From NCBI GenBank assembly GCA_041671525.1, contig JBAZBJ010000003.1, positions 28,813 to 92,812 of the forward strand: 64,000 nucleotides of DNA, written 5' to 3'. This document shows, in pieces, positions 36,670-45,219 of the stretch. The first letter of the stretch is position 1; each line of letters begins with the position of its first letter. The translations under genes and the position numbers were made by a program. The DNA is from Parcubacteria group bacterium (GTDB lineage Bacteria > Patescibacteriota > Minisyncoccia > Moranbacterales > UBA2206). The notes under the pieces were generated by a model. The model was not told the origin of the DNA. It made no database searches and was given only the letters and a program-made list of their open reading frames with translations.

Positions 36670-37704
36670 ATGCGATACCGACTCTATAAAACCTCCACTA
36701 CTGCCTGGGACGCGATGCTTTCCGCCATTGAGCAGGCCAAAAAATCCATCTACATCGAAATGTACATTTTTTTGGATGACACCTCGGCGAGCCATGATTT
36801 TGCAGGCCAGCTGAAAAAGAAGGCGCGAGAAGGAGTCCGGGTGATTATCGTCGCCGACGCTTTCGGCAGTTCCGCCCTTAAGCCGGAATCCATCCAAAAT
36901 CTCAAAGCTGCCGGCATTGAATTTATTTTTTACAGCAATTGGTTGCGCCACATTCATCGTAAAATTATGCTTGTGGATGAAAAAATCGCCTTCATCGGCG
37001 GCGTCAACATCGGCCAGCAATTCTCGAAATGGAATGATCTCCATCTGCGTCTCACAGGCCGCGTCGTCAAGCCAATCTTGAAATCCTTCGCCTACACCTA
37101 TGGCATGTCCGGCGGCCAAGATAAAAAAATATTACAAAATAGAGAAAAGAAATTCGCCAGCAAATTACGTTTTTGGATGATCGAGCACTCGCCCGTTAGA
37201 AATATTTATTCTCTCAAGGATCAATACCTTGAAAAAATTACCGCGGCCCAAAGCAGCATCCAGCTTGTCACGCCCTATTTTACTCCGCCGCGCTGGCTGA
37301 TCGCCCTGCTGGACAACGCCCGACAAAGAAAGGTGCGAGTGGAAATCATCATCCCCAAAAAGACCGACTTGCCCTTCATCGACCGCATCAATCATCGATA
37401 CATGTACAATCTTTCCCGTACCGGCATCAATTTTTTTCTGACGCCGCAAATGAATCACGCCAAAATCCTGCTCATCGACCAAAAAATCGGCCTGATCGGT
37501 TCCCAAAACCTGGATCACCTCTCCTTCAGTTTCAACGCCGAAGCCGGCATATTTTTCGAAGAAAAAGGACTCATCAAGGAACTCAGCCAAACCATCACCG
37601 ATTGGAAAATCGAAGCTGATCCCTTCCACCCCAAAAAATACAAAATGAAAGCCGTTGATTATCTGATATTGATTTTAATAAAAATCTTTAACCCGATTCT
37701 GTAA
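36670..37704 (+). CDS. Phospholipase D / cardiolipin-synthase-like protein
   Basis: Two HKD motifs (HRKIMLVD...GGVNI and NHAKILLID...GSQNLD). Confidence 0.85.
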   Translation: MRYRLYKTSTTAWDAMLSAIEQAKKSIYIEMYIFLDDTSASHDFAGQLKKKAREGVRVIIVADAFGSSALKPESIQNLKAAGIEFIFYSNWLRHIHRKIMLVDEKIAFIGGVNIGQQFSKWNDLHLRLTGRVVKPILKSFAYTYGMSGGQDKKILQNREKKFASKLRFWMIEHSPVRNIYSLKDQYLEKITAAQSSIQLVTPYFTPPRWLIALLDNARQRKVRVEIIIPKKTDLPFIDRINHRYMYNLSRTGINFFLTPQMNHAKILLIDQKIGLIGSQNLDHLSFSFNAEAGIFFEEKGLIKELSQTITDWKIEADPFHPKKYKMKAVDYLILILIKIFNPIL

Positions 37705-37755
37705 CAAAAAAACTCTCCGCCGCGGCGGAGAGTTTTTTTGGTATTTTGAAAAGGA

Positions 37756-38160
37756 TTATTTCAAAGTTACAGTTGCACCAGCTTCTTCCAATTTCTTCTT
37801 CATGCCTTCAGCGTCAGCTTTGGAAACTTTTTCCTTGATGACCTTTGGAGCGGCATCGACCAAGTCCTTGGCATCTTTCAACCCCAGACCGGTCACTTCG
37901 CGCACCACCTTGATCACGTTGATTTTTGAAGCGCCACAAGCGGTCACCTCAACATCGAACTCAGATTTCTCTTCCACCGCTGCAGCTGCTTCACCAGCAG
38001 GCATTGCGCCCATCATCATTGGAGCAGCCGCGCTCACGCCGAATTTGTCTTCGAGAACCTTCACCAGCTCAGAAAGTTCCAACACGCTCATAGTTTCAAT
38101 CTCAGAAACCAGCTTTTGGAATTTTTCCGGAACCTTTACTTCGTCTTTTTCCTCAGTCAT
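37756..38160 (-). CDS. rplL: 50S ribosomal protein L7/L12
   Basis: Ala-rich hinge and the C-terminal [29 protein letters not shown]. Confidence 0.93.
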   Translation of the reverse strand: MTEEKDEVKVPEKFQKLVSEIETMSVLELSELVKVLEDKFGVSAAAPMMMGAMPAGEAAAAVEEKSEFDVEVTACGASKINVIKVVREVTGLGLKDAKDLVDAAPKVIKEKVSKADAEGMKKKLEEAGATVTLK

Positions 38161-38168
38161 AGATTTGT

Positions 38169-38256
38169 CCCTACAAATTTACAAATATGTTACAAATTTA
38201 CAAATTTTTTCAGACTCACATTTGTATTATTTGTACTTGATTTGTATATTTGTAGG
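38169..38256. repeat. Heptamer-periodic hairpin element, TACAAAT subfamily
   Basis: CCCTACAAATTTACAAATATGTTACAAATTTACAAAT ... ATTTGTATTATTTGTACTTGATTTGTATATTTGTAGG. Lies between rplJ and rplL. Confidence 0.8.
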
Positions 38257-38286
38257 TTTGTTAATTAACTTATTATTTAAATTAAA

Positions 38287-38805
38287 TTATTTATTTTCTC
38301 CAATCGCCTTCAGAACCGTCACCAAGCCTCGCAGGTTGCCCGCCAACACATTGACGAAGCCTGAGACTGGCGCATTCAGGGTGCCGACCAATTTGCCCAA
38401 CAGTTCTTCTTTCGACGGCAGTTTCGCCAGCGCGTTCACCTCCGCCGCCGACAATTCTTTGACTCCCAAAATTCCACCCACAATCTTCAAATTTTCGTTG
38501 GCTTTGGCCGCTTTGGCAATGATCTTGGCCGCAGCCACTTCGTCGCCACTGGAAATCGCAATCGCGATCTGCCCTTCCAATTTCTTCACATCCATCTCAA
38601 TGCCCGCTTCTTTGAACGCCAGATTGATCAAAGTCTTTTTCAAAACCTTGAGTTCGATGCCGGAAGCGCGCAATTCACGTCGCATGGCAGTCATGTCTTT
38701 TACTTCCAATCCCTTGTAATCAGAAAAAACCACTGCCTTGGAAGCCTTGAGCTTCGCCGTAAGGTCTTTTACTAATTCTTCTTTTTGCTGTTTAGTCTGT
38801 TTCAT
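38287..38805 (-). CDS. rplJ: 50S ribosomal protein L10
   Basis: Start at the internal Met MKQTKQQKEELV. Typical L10 sequence, directly upstream of rplL. Confidence 0.9.
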   Translation of the reverse strand: MKQTKQQKEELVKDLTAKLKASKAVVFSDYKGLEVKDMTAMRRELRASGIELKVLKKTLINLAFKEAGIEMDVKKLEGQIAIAISSGDEVAAAKIIAKAAKANENLKIVGGILGVKELSAAEVNALAKLPSKEELLGKLVGTLNAPVSGFVNVLAGNLRGLVTVLKAIGENK

Positions 38806-38915
38806 ATATGCAAATATTCGCCAATGTTTAAACAAATGTATTCGAATTATTTGTTTTTACATTCGCGGCAATTAGCGAATTAAAAAATCTGCGTTAGAGC
38901 GCAGACCATCCAGTA

Positions 38916-38982
38916 TGTCATTCCGGGCTTGACCCGGAATCTAATTTTTTACGTTAGATCCTGAATCAAGTTCAGGATGACA
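38916..38982. repeat. Palindromic element, TGTCATTCC...GGATGACA family, intergenic copy
   Basis: TGTCATTCC-GGGCTTGACCC-GGAATCTA ... TAGATCC-TGAATCAAGTTCA-GGATGACA. An outer stem with two inner hairpins. Confidence 0.8.
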
Positions 38983-39072
38983 GCCCTTCCTCGGTAGGAC
39001 TTATGAAGTTGCCTACTGTCTGCGGATATTCAATTGTTTTCTCATTTTATACGAAAAACGTAATCCTGTCAA

Positions 39073-39540
39073 TTATTCAGCCTTGGCTTCTTCTTTCACT
39101 TCTTCAGCTTTTACTTCCTCAACTTTTTCTTCCGCCTTCACTTCTTCTTTTTTCTCCTCAACTTTTTCTTCCACAACTGGAGTTTCCACTGCTGCTTCTT
39201 CAGTTTTTGGAGCTTCCGCAACTTCAACTGCTGGCTCTTTTGCTTTCGCCTCTTCCACTACCGCCTCAACTTTCTTGGCAGGCATCTTCACTTTGCGCTT
39301 GTCGCCCGTCGCCAGACCTTTACCCAGAAACAGATTAAAAGCGGTGTCGGAAGCTTGCGCGCCCTGACCCAACCAATATTTGATCCGTTCTTCTTTCAAC
39401 ACCGCTTTTTTGGAATGCGGATCGAAACTGCCCAAAACTTCAATATGCCGTCCGCCCGGAGCAATGGTGTGTTCCTGCAGAACAATTTGGTATTGCGCTC
39501 GGTTGCGGCGTCCGGTTCGGGCAAATCTTATAGTTAACAT
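39073..39540 (-). CDS. rpsP: 30S ribosomal protein S16 with a K/E/A-rich C-terminal extension
   Basis: MLTIRFARTGRRNRAQYQIV core, then about 70 aa of low-complexity tail. Confidence 0.9.
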   Translation of the reverse strand: MLTIRFARTGRRNRAQYQIVLQEHTIAPGGRHIEVLGSFDPHSKKAVLKEERIKYWLGQGAQASDTAFNLFLGKGLATGDKRKVKMPAKKVEAVVEEAKAKEPAVEVAEAPKTEEAAVETPVVEEKVEEKKEEVKAEEKVEEVKAEEVKEEAKAE

Positions 39541-39695
39541 AAAAAAATAATACGAAATAATTTCTTATTCCCGTTTAAGCTTATTTTGGTTACTTGTTTA
39601 TCTTATCCAATATCCTAGAAGTTGTCAACTCCGCCTCAGCCAAAGCCTGAAAGAAAGCCTGAATCGTGGTGTAGTATAGTGTTCTCTAAAAAAAG

Positions 39696-39791
39696 TTATC
39701 CACAGTTTTAGCCTATTTTTTGGCTAAAATAAAGCATTATACTTTGAGTTATCCACAGCCTTTTGACAAAACGGCTGAAAAGGAGTATAAT
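39696..39791 (+). promoter_or_regulatory. Two TTATCCACA boxes plus a consensus promoter
   Basis: TTATCCACA at 39696-39704 and 39749-39757. TTGACA (39763-39768), N17, TATAAT (39786-39791). Confidence 0.6.
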
Positions 39792-39797
39792 AGAGTT

Positions 39798-39972
39798 GTA
39801 CAGTTGAATAGGATATTTTTGTTGATTACGGGGGCCCGGCCTCGACTCGCGGAAACGCTCGTCGACGCGAGGCGGGTAAACACAAAAATAAAAACGAATA
39901 GCAATAGTTTCAAGGTTTAGAACTTTGACAAAACGAGACAGTTTCTTTATGGGGATTGTCTCGTTTTGCTTA
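39798..39972 (+). ncRNA. Candidate structured small RNA, class unknown
   Basis: Starts just after the consensus promoter. GC-rich nested hairpin TCGAC-TC-GCG-GAAA-CGC-TC-GTCGA. Ends at the 12-bp hairpin CAAAACGAGACA...TGTCTCGTTTTG. No convincing ORF. Confidence 0.3.
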
Positions 39973-40026
39973 AGAAGGTTATTTAAAAACAAGGGGCTAA
40001 TATAATTAGCCAGAAAGGAATGCGTC

Positions 40027-40236
40027 ATGACAGAGACAAGACTTGGAATAGTTGGCAGCACAAAGGTAGTCAAATTTCCGGTCGGAAACAAGTTATGCGA
40101 AAAAACAGTTATCGTAACCATCGACGGGTTCGAAACAGTTCCCGGCAGTCAACATGAGATTGGCAATATCCCTGAGAATCTTCAGGATAACAGTCTCGCA
40201 GGCGCAAGAGGCAGGTGTTATTATGCTGCTATGTAA
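40027..40236 (+). CDS. Possible small protein, 69 aa
   Basis: ATG preceded by GAAAGGAA. Ordinary amino-acid composition. Followed by a long terminator hairpin ending in a T-run near 40320. It could instead be part of a longer non-coding RNA. Confidence 0.3.
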   Translation: MTETRLGIVGSTKVVKFPVGNKLCEKTVIVTIDGFETVPGSQHEIGNIPENLQDNSLAGARGRCYYAAM

Positions 40237-40370
40237 TCTGCTTCCATCTCAAGCCCCGCCAACGAAATTCTATTTCATATATTATATGAAATTTGAAAAT
40301 CGTCGGTGGGGTGTTTTTTATTCCAAACTTGATAGTTTTATATATATTTGCTAAATTAATACTTGTACGC

Positions 40371-40442
40371 GGCCCCATCGTCTAGCGGCTAGGACACAAG
40401 ATTCTCATTCTTGTAACAGGAGTTCGATTCTCCTTGGGGCTA
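40371..40442 (+). tRNA. tRNA-Glu (anticodon CUC)
   Basis: Hand-folded cloverleaf: acceptor GGCCCCA/TGGGGCT, anticodon arm CAAGA-TTCTCAT-TCTTG, T arm AGGAG-TTCGATT-CTCCT. CCA is not encoded. Confidence 0.9.
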
Positions 40443-40454
40443 CAAATAAAAAGA

Positions 40455-40477
40455 GAGGGTGCTCAGCGAGCACCCTC
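40455..40477 (-). terminator. Intrinsic terminator of the 40496-41347 gene
   Basis: GAGGGTGCT-cagcg-AGCACCCTC, followed on the minus strand by TCTTTTTATTT. Confidence 0.6.
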
Positions 40478-40495
40478 ATCAACTTGATAGAATTT

Positions 40496-41347
40496 TTATC
40501 TTTTAACACATGCGGTGAAAACGATCGCTGCCTGGTCCAGTACTTCGTTAAGTCCTGCTCGCAGCTCTTCCGGCGTCTTGAAAGACGGGATTTGAAAAGG
40601 CATCCTCAGACAGCCTGGATTGATATCCACGTCGAATCCCTTTCCGTTGTTTTTCATTTCAAACCACTTACCTTTAGGACGAGGCTTAAATTTCCTAATC
40701 ACCGCAACGAGATTCATAGTTTCGCCTAGCTGCATCACACAGTTTGCATGATAGTTGCGCTTTTTAATGACACAATAATACTGCTTGTCTTTCCGACTCT
40801 TGAACGAATAGAGCTCGTCGGGCACAAAATCGAATTTCTGGAGCAACTCACCTGCGAATTTTTCGACATACTCCCGATTGATCAGTACTTGCCGCCTACG
40901 CTCATCCTCTATGAGCTGTCGGGAGGCATTCTTACGTTGGATTCTATGTTCCATTTTTTCGCAAAAAGCGCTCAAGATATGCGAGGCATAGGCAATTCCA
41001 TGATTGCCTTTGACAACAACGTGCTTATCATCAAGATTACTTCTGACCAGCTTACCATCTCTGAGCTTTGGAAGCGTCTGGGAACAAAGGCCCTTCGACA
41101 AGTGTTCCATTTTGCTCGGATGCTTATCGTGATACTGAAAATACCTCACAATTTCATCGGAAGCATTGATGTGGATAAGCATACGTTCCACCTTTTCTAA
41201 ACAAAAAACAACCTCATACCCCTTTAAGCCAGCCAGCTTCAAAGATTCAAATCTCTGACCCCAGTAACTATTTGCGTCATCAACCATCTTTTGAAGCTCC
41301 CTCTCCTCATACTGCGCATGCGTCAACACCGTCTTTTTTTCTTCCAT
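40496..41347 (-). CDS. Orphan hypothetical protein, 284 aa from the internal Met
   Basis: GGGAGGA lies 3 nt upstream of the MEEKKTV start. Own TTGACA-N17-TATATT promoter near 41400-41430. No family recognised. Confidence 0.5.
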   Translation of the reverse strand: MEEKKTVLTHAQYEERELQKMVDDANSYWGQRFESLKLAGLKGYEVVFCLEKVERMLIHINASDEIVRYFQYHDKHPSKMEHLSKGLCSQTLPKLRDGKLVRSNLDDKHVVVKGNHGIAYASHILSAFCEKMEHRIQRKNASRQLIEDERRRQVLINREYVEKFAGELLQKFDFVPDELYSFKSRKDKQYYCVIKKRNYHANCVMQLGETMNLVAVIRKFKPRPKGKWFEMKNNGKGFDVDINPGCLRMPFQIPSFKTPEELRAGLNEVLDQAAIVFTACVKR

Positions 41348-41471
41348 GATCCTCCCTCGTGATGCAAGATATTTTATTAAAAATAGAGTGACTAAATTGT
41401 AAAATAACCCAAGTGACAATATAGCATTAAACACTGCTTCTGTCAATATGCCTTCAAACTAACTTGTTTTT

Positions 41472-43847
41472 TTACTGTAAAATCTTGCCGCCTTGCCCGA
41501 CCTGATCAAGTCTTACTGATAGCAGTTTGGAGATGCCGTCTTCGCCCATTGTGATGCCATACATGGTCGAGGCTTGGCGCATGGTTTCCCGATTGTGGGT
41601 GATGATGATGAACTGGGTGTTGCCGGAAAGTTCTTGGATGATACGGCCGAAACGGCGCGAGTTGGCTTCGTCCAAGGCGGCTTCCACTTCATCCAAGACG
41701 GCGAACGGTGGCGGGTTGTGCGAAATGATAGCAAACAAAAGTGCCAAAGAAGTCAGCGAGCGTTCCCCACCGGAGAGCATCGATAGGTTGGAAATTTTTT
41801 TGCCCGGCGGGGAAGCGAAAATATCGATGCCGGTTTCGGATTTTTCTTTCTTTTCCTCTTCGGTTTCCAACGCTTCAGCTTCATCTGTTTCTTCCGCACC
41901 CTCCGTCCCTTCCACGCCCTCTTCTTTGGATTTATATGACCGCTTACGCACTTCGACTTTTTTCAGACTGGCGTTGCCGCCGCCGAAAATAATACGGAAA
42001 TATTTGGTAAATTCTTTGTCGATTTCATCAAAAGTCGTAGCAAAAACTTCGTTGACCTTCTGATTCATCTCTTTGATGATTTCTTTCAGCGACACAATCG
42101 CTGCTTCCAAGTCGGCCGATTCTTTGGTCAAAAATTCATAGCGCTTGTTGGTTTCCTCAAATTCTTCCACCACTAAAGGATCAATGCCACCAATTTGTTC
42201 CATTTGTACTTTTAATCGAGAGATATCACGATCCAAAGCAATGCGATCAACTGCGATCAAATTCCCCTGTTCGTCCAAAATTGGCTTGAGCTCGCTCGGG
42301 TCAATCTTCAGATCCTGCAACACTTCCGCCCGCAGATCCTCTTCATGCACTTCAACTTTGGCCAGCGCAATCTTGGAATCATTAAAATTGTCTTTCAGCT
42401 TGTTGAGTTCATCTTGTTTGGCCCGCAAGTTGCGTTCCACTTCGAAAAATTTCTGCCGGCGTTCGCGATCCGCGCTGGTCTCCGCAAGGATGGCCGCTTC
42501 GATCTGTTGGATTTCCATTTCCATTTTCTGGATGTCCGCCCGCAGCTGTGCGGCTTTGGCAATCAATTCTTGGATGACTTGGGAATCCACAGTCTCGACA
42601 ACTTTCGGCTTTTCCACAAGTACAGACGCATTGCGATGCGTCTCTACGGTTTCTTCTTTCTTGCCTTTTTCAATGTCCTGTTTCAATTCAAACAGACGCT
42701 GCTGGATCGAACGCGCAAATTCTTTGATGTCTTGCAAGTCGTCCATATTCTCGGCGCTTTCCAACTGCTTGATCAAATTCTCCTGATTCCGACGAATTTC
42801 TTCGATGCCGGCACGCACGTAATGCAGATCCACCGGGATGCTTTTGGTTCGGATCTCCTCGATCATCTCGATATTTTTCTGTTTTTCCCGTTCGATCTCG
42901 ATCCGGCCTTCATTCACGATCAAATCGCGCTCCAGTTGGTTCAGTCTGTTGCGCGCTTCGCTGCGCTTTTTTTCCAATTCCGGCAGATTGTTGTTGGCAG
43001 TTCCTTCCTTGGATTCTTTGTTGATTTCGTCGGTTAATTTATCCACGTCGCGCTTCACATTTAGCATCGTGCGTCCCATATCCTCCTTGGCTTCGTTAAA
43101 TTTGATTTTTTCCTGTTGAAAGTTGCTCCACAGATAAGTAAACAATTTGGTCTGTTTGTCTTTGAGTTCCGCCCGCACGCCCTCGCCTTGGGTCGCTTTC
43201 TCCGCTTGTCTTTTCAGCATCTTCAAATGCGGCTTTATTTCTTCGGCCAAGCTACGCGCTTTGTCCAAGTTGTCGCGCGTCGATTCCAATTTGCGCAACG
43301 CTCTTTCCTTTTTGATCTGATATTGTTTCACGCCGGCCGCCTCCTCGATGATTGAGCGCCGTTCCAAAGGTGCCGCGTTCAAAATTGCGTCCGCCATGCC
43401 TTGGTTGATAATGGCATAACTCTCTTTGCCGATGCCGGTTTTGGCCAACAGGTCTACCACGTCTTGCAACCGCACGCGTGAACCGTTGATCTGGTATTCC
43501 CCTTCCCCGCTGCGGAATATTTTTCTTGTAATGGAAACTTCATCAAATTCCAACGGAATTTTTTTGTCCGAGTTATCAAAAAACAGCGTTGCATAAGCAC
43601 TGCCCAACCGCGCTTTTTTGCCTGAACCGGCAAAAATGATGTCTTCGGATTTTTTGCCGCGCAAATTTTTCATGGATTGTTCGCCCATGACCCAGCGCAT
43701 CGAATCGGCGATGTTGGATTTGCCGCTGCCATTGGGTCCCACCACGGCCGTCACGCCCTTGGCGTCACCTTGGGAACCGGAAAAATCCAACGTGGTTTTG
43801 TTGGCGAAAGATTTGAATCCGGAAATTTCGAGCTTCTTTAAAAACAT
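41472..43847 (-). CDS. smc: SMC-like chromosome partition ATPase, short form with no recognisable hinge
   Basis: N-terminal head (FLKKLEISGFKSF, GPNGSGKSN) and C-terminal head (LSGGERSL, AVLDEVEAALD). About 790 aa. The central region is coiled coil only. Confidence 0.8.
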   Translation of the reverse strand: MFLKKLEISGFKSFANKTTLDFSGSQGDAKGVTAVVGPNGSGKSNIADSMRWVMGEQSMKNLRGKKSEDIIFAGSGKKARLGSAYATLFFDNSDKKIPLEFDEVSITRKIFRSGEGEYQINGSRVRLQDVVDLLAKTGIGKESYAIINQGMADAILNAAPLERRSIIEEAAGVKQYQIKKERALRKLESTRDNLDKARSLAEEIKPHLKMLKRQAEKATQGEGVRAELKDKQTKLFTYLWSNFQQEKIKFNEAKEDMGRTMLNVKRDVDKLTDEINKESKEGTANNNLPELEKKRSEARNRLNQLERDLIVNEGRIEIEREKQKNIEMIEEIRTKSIPVDLHYVRAGIEEIRRNQENLIKQLESAENMDDLQDIKEFARSIQQRLFELKQDIEKGKKEETVETHRNASVLVEKPKVVETVDSQVIQELIAKAAQLRADIQKMEMEIQQIEAAILAETSADRERRQKFFEVERNLRAKQDELNKLKDNFNDSKIALAKVEVHEEDLRAEVLQDLKIDPSELKPILDEQGNLIAVDRIALDRDISRLKVQMEQIGGIDPLVVEEFEETNKRYEFLTKESADLEAAIVSLKEIIKEMNQKVNEVFATTFDEIDKEFTKYFRIIFGGGNASLKKVEVRKRSYKSKEEGVEGTEGAEETDEAEALETEEEKKEKSETGIDIFASPPGKKISNLSMLSGGERSLTSLALLFAIISHNPPPFAVLDEVEAALDEANSRRFGRIIQELSGNTQFIIITHNRETMRQASTMYGITMGEDGISKLLSVRLDQVGQGGKILQ

Positions 43848-43961
43848 AAATTCATGCAAAACAAAACACGCAGCATGTAACTTTGAAATTTTTTGTTACA
43901 TGTTTCATGTTGTATGTTATATGATTATTATACTACATATTTGGTTTTTGAGAAAATTTAA

Positions 43962-43984
43962 GGGGCTGGTTATTTTCCAGCCCC
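43962..43984 (-). terminator. Stem-loop ending the 43990-44405 transcribed region
   Basis: GGGGCTGG-aaaataa-CCAGCCCC, followed on the minus strand by TTAAATTTTCTC. Confidence 0.5.
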
Positions 43985-43989
43985 AGACG

Positions 43990-44405
43990 ATTTTATCAAT
44001 CGCCTTCTTCATCCTCTATTAAATGCACTCCGATTCAAACCTCCTTTTAATTTGCCGCGGGGATTTAGCCCACAGGGACGCATTGGATCAGCCTTGCATC
44101 CTAGGCAAGCAGATACGAAGCTCGCCCTAGATTGTGATCACCCCCTTTCAGTACAATAGACTTGAGAAGCATGAGATGAAAATAGCAGCCTTTTTCATAA
44201 ATCATCCATCTCCTTTCACTTTTTCTGCAAAGTGACAAAAACGAATTACGGATGCGCGCGCCCATATAGGCTCTCACCCACATAATCCGCTTCCCCATCC
44301 CTTTTCTGCCACCATTATGATGATGACAGCGGAAATGACAGAGATTCACATAATCTCTTCTTCCTTGTCTAATAACAATCGCCTCCTTTTCAATTGGAAT
44401 AAGAA
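43990..44405 (-). ncRNA. Candidate structured non-coding RNA, class unknown
   Basis: About 415 nt bracketed by two terminators. The minus strand is purine-rich. Several hairpins need G-U pairs that exist only in the minus-strand reading. The only long ORF (44101-44451) crosses the rnc terminator and is R/H/G-rich. Confidence 0.25.
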
Positions 44406-44407
44406 CT

Positions 44408-44428
44408 AAAAAAAGACGCCGAAGCGCC
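44408..44428 (-). terminator. Intrinsic terminator after rnc
   Basis: Minus strand reads GGCGC-TTCG-GCGTC followed by TTTTTTT. Confidence 0.65.
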
Positions 44429-44529
44429 AACCTACCTCCCCCTTTCTGCAAAATTTACTAGGATAACATTCATAATCATATCGTACACCACAACAATATA
44501 TTTTTCAATATTGATTGTCCACAGGCCAT

Positions 44530-45219
44530 CTACCAGCCTTTCACTTCCAAAGCCGCGGCGGCCGCATTACGCTGGGCTTCCTGTTTGGAAGAACCGTCCC
44601 CACTGGCGATCAGTTCATCGTTCAAGTAGATGCCGACCGTAAACTCCCGGTCATGGTCCGGGCCACTTTCTTCCAGCACACGGTAGGCCGGAGTCACGCC
44701 CACCTTGTCCTGCGCCACTTCCTGGAAGCGACTCTTGGGATCCATGTAGGACTTGTTTTCAATGATGTCCGAGAGTTCCACCACCACATTTTTCATGATA
44801 AATTCTTTGCAAGCATCATAACCCTTTTCGGCCTGATCCAGATAGATGGCGCCGGTGATCGATTCAAAAGCGTTGGCCAACAAGTACTGTCGCGCCTTGC
44901 CGGTGTCTTTGGATTCGCCGCGACTCATCAGGAGAAATTCTTCCACGCCCATGCGTTTGGAAATTTTGGCCAACATTTCGCCGTTGACCAAAGCCGCGCG
45001 CCAATTGGTCAGTTCCCCTTCCGGGTTGGGAAAGTTTTTGTAGAGATATTCGGTGACCACCAATTCCAAAACGGCGTCGCCCAAAAATTCGAGCCGCTCA
45101 TTGTGTTCCAGCTTATAATCGCGATGTTCATTTAAATATGAACGATGCGTCATCGCTTGCTGCAACAGATCAAGATTATTGAATTTTACGCCGATTTTAT
45201 CCGCTAACTTTTGAATCAT
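44530..45219 (-). CDS. rnc: Ribonuclease III
   Basis: [15 protein letters not shown] signature and C-terminal dsRBD. Start taken at MIQKLADK, overlapping the nusB end. Confidence 0.9.
   Translation of the reverse strand: MIQKLADKIGVKFNNLDLLQQAMTHRSYLNEHRDYKLEHNERLEFLGDAVLELVVTEYLYKNFPNPEGELTNWRAALVNGEMLAKISKRMGVEEFLLMSRGESKDTGKARQYLLANAFESITGAIYLDQAEKGYDACKEFIMKNVVVELSDIIENKSYMDPKSRFQEVAQDKVGVTPAYRVLEESGPDHDREFTVGIYLNDELIASGDGSSKQEAQRNAAAAALEVKGW

Noticed and set aside
39696-39757. Replication origin (two perfect DnaA boxes 53 nt apart)
   Set aside because: - There are only two boxes here.
- No dnaA or dnaN is nearby, and there is no obvious AT-rich unwinding repeat cluster.
- The same 9-mer occurs singly at other promoters in the window, which fits a promoter-associated site better.
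39708-40121. 137-aa minus-strand ORF in the rpsP to tRNA-Glu gap
   Set aside because: It runs antisense through a consensus + strand promoter and several perfect hairpins. It has no ribosome-binding site, and its composition is not protein-like.
39830-40330. tmRNA (ssrA): the 5' GGGGGCCCGGCCTCGAC resembles the tmRNA 5' end, and a short frame TNSNSFKV-stop resembles a tag
   Set aside because: - I cannot find a T-arm (GGTTCGAnTCC with a proper stem).
- There is no 3' acceptor strand complementary to the 5' end, and no CCA.
- The putative tag lacks the usual hydrophobic Ala-rich ending.
- An Rfam/ARAGORN scan would settle it.
40371-41470. tRNA-Glu-targeted genomic island containing the 284-aa orphan gene
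   Set aside because: There is no integrase, and I could not find a direct repeat of the tRNA 3' end downstream. The gene has its own promoter and terminator, like the other orphans.
43990-44405. RNase P RNA or tmRNA on the minus strand
   Set aside because: - None of the universally conserved RNase P blocks are present (GGAAAGTCC-type P4 5' strand; ACAGAA-CCGGCTTA-type P4 3' strand).
- No tRNA-like end is present.
- It is kept only as an unclassified ncRNA candidate.
44101-44451. 116-aa minus-strand ORF downstream of rnc
   Set aside because: It starts upstream of, and reads through, the rnc intrinsic terminator. Its composition is R/H/G/C-rich, and it has no ribosome-binding site.
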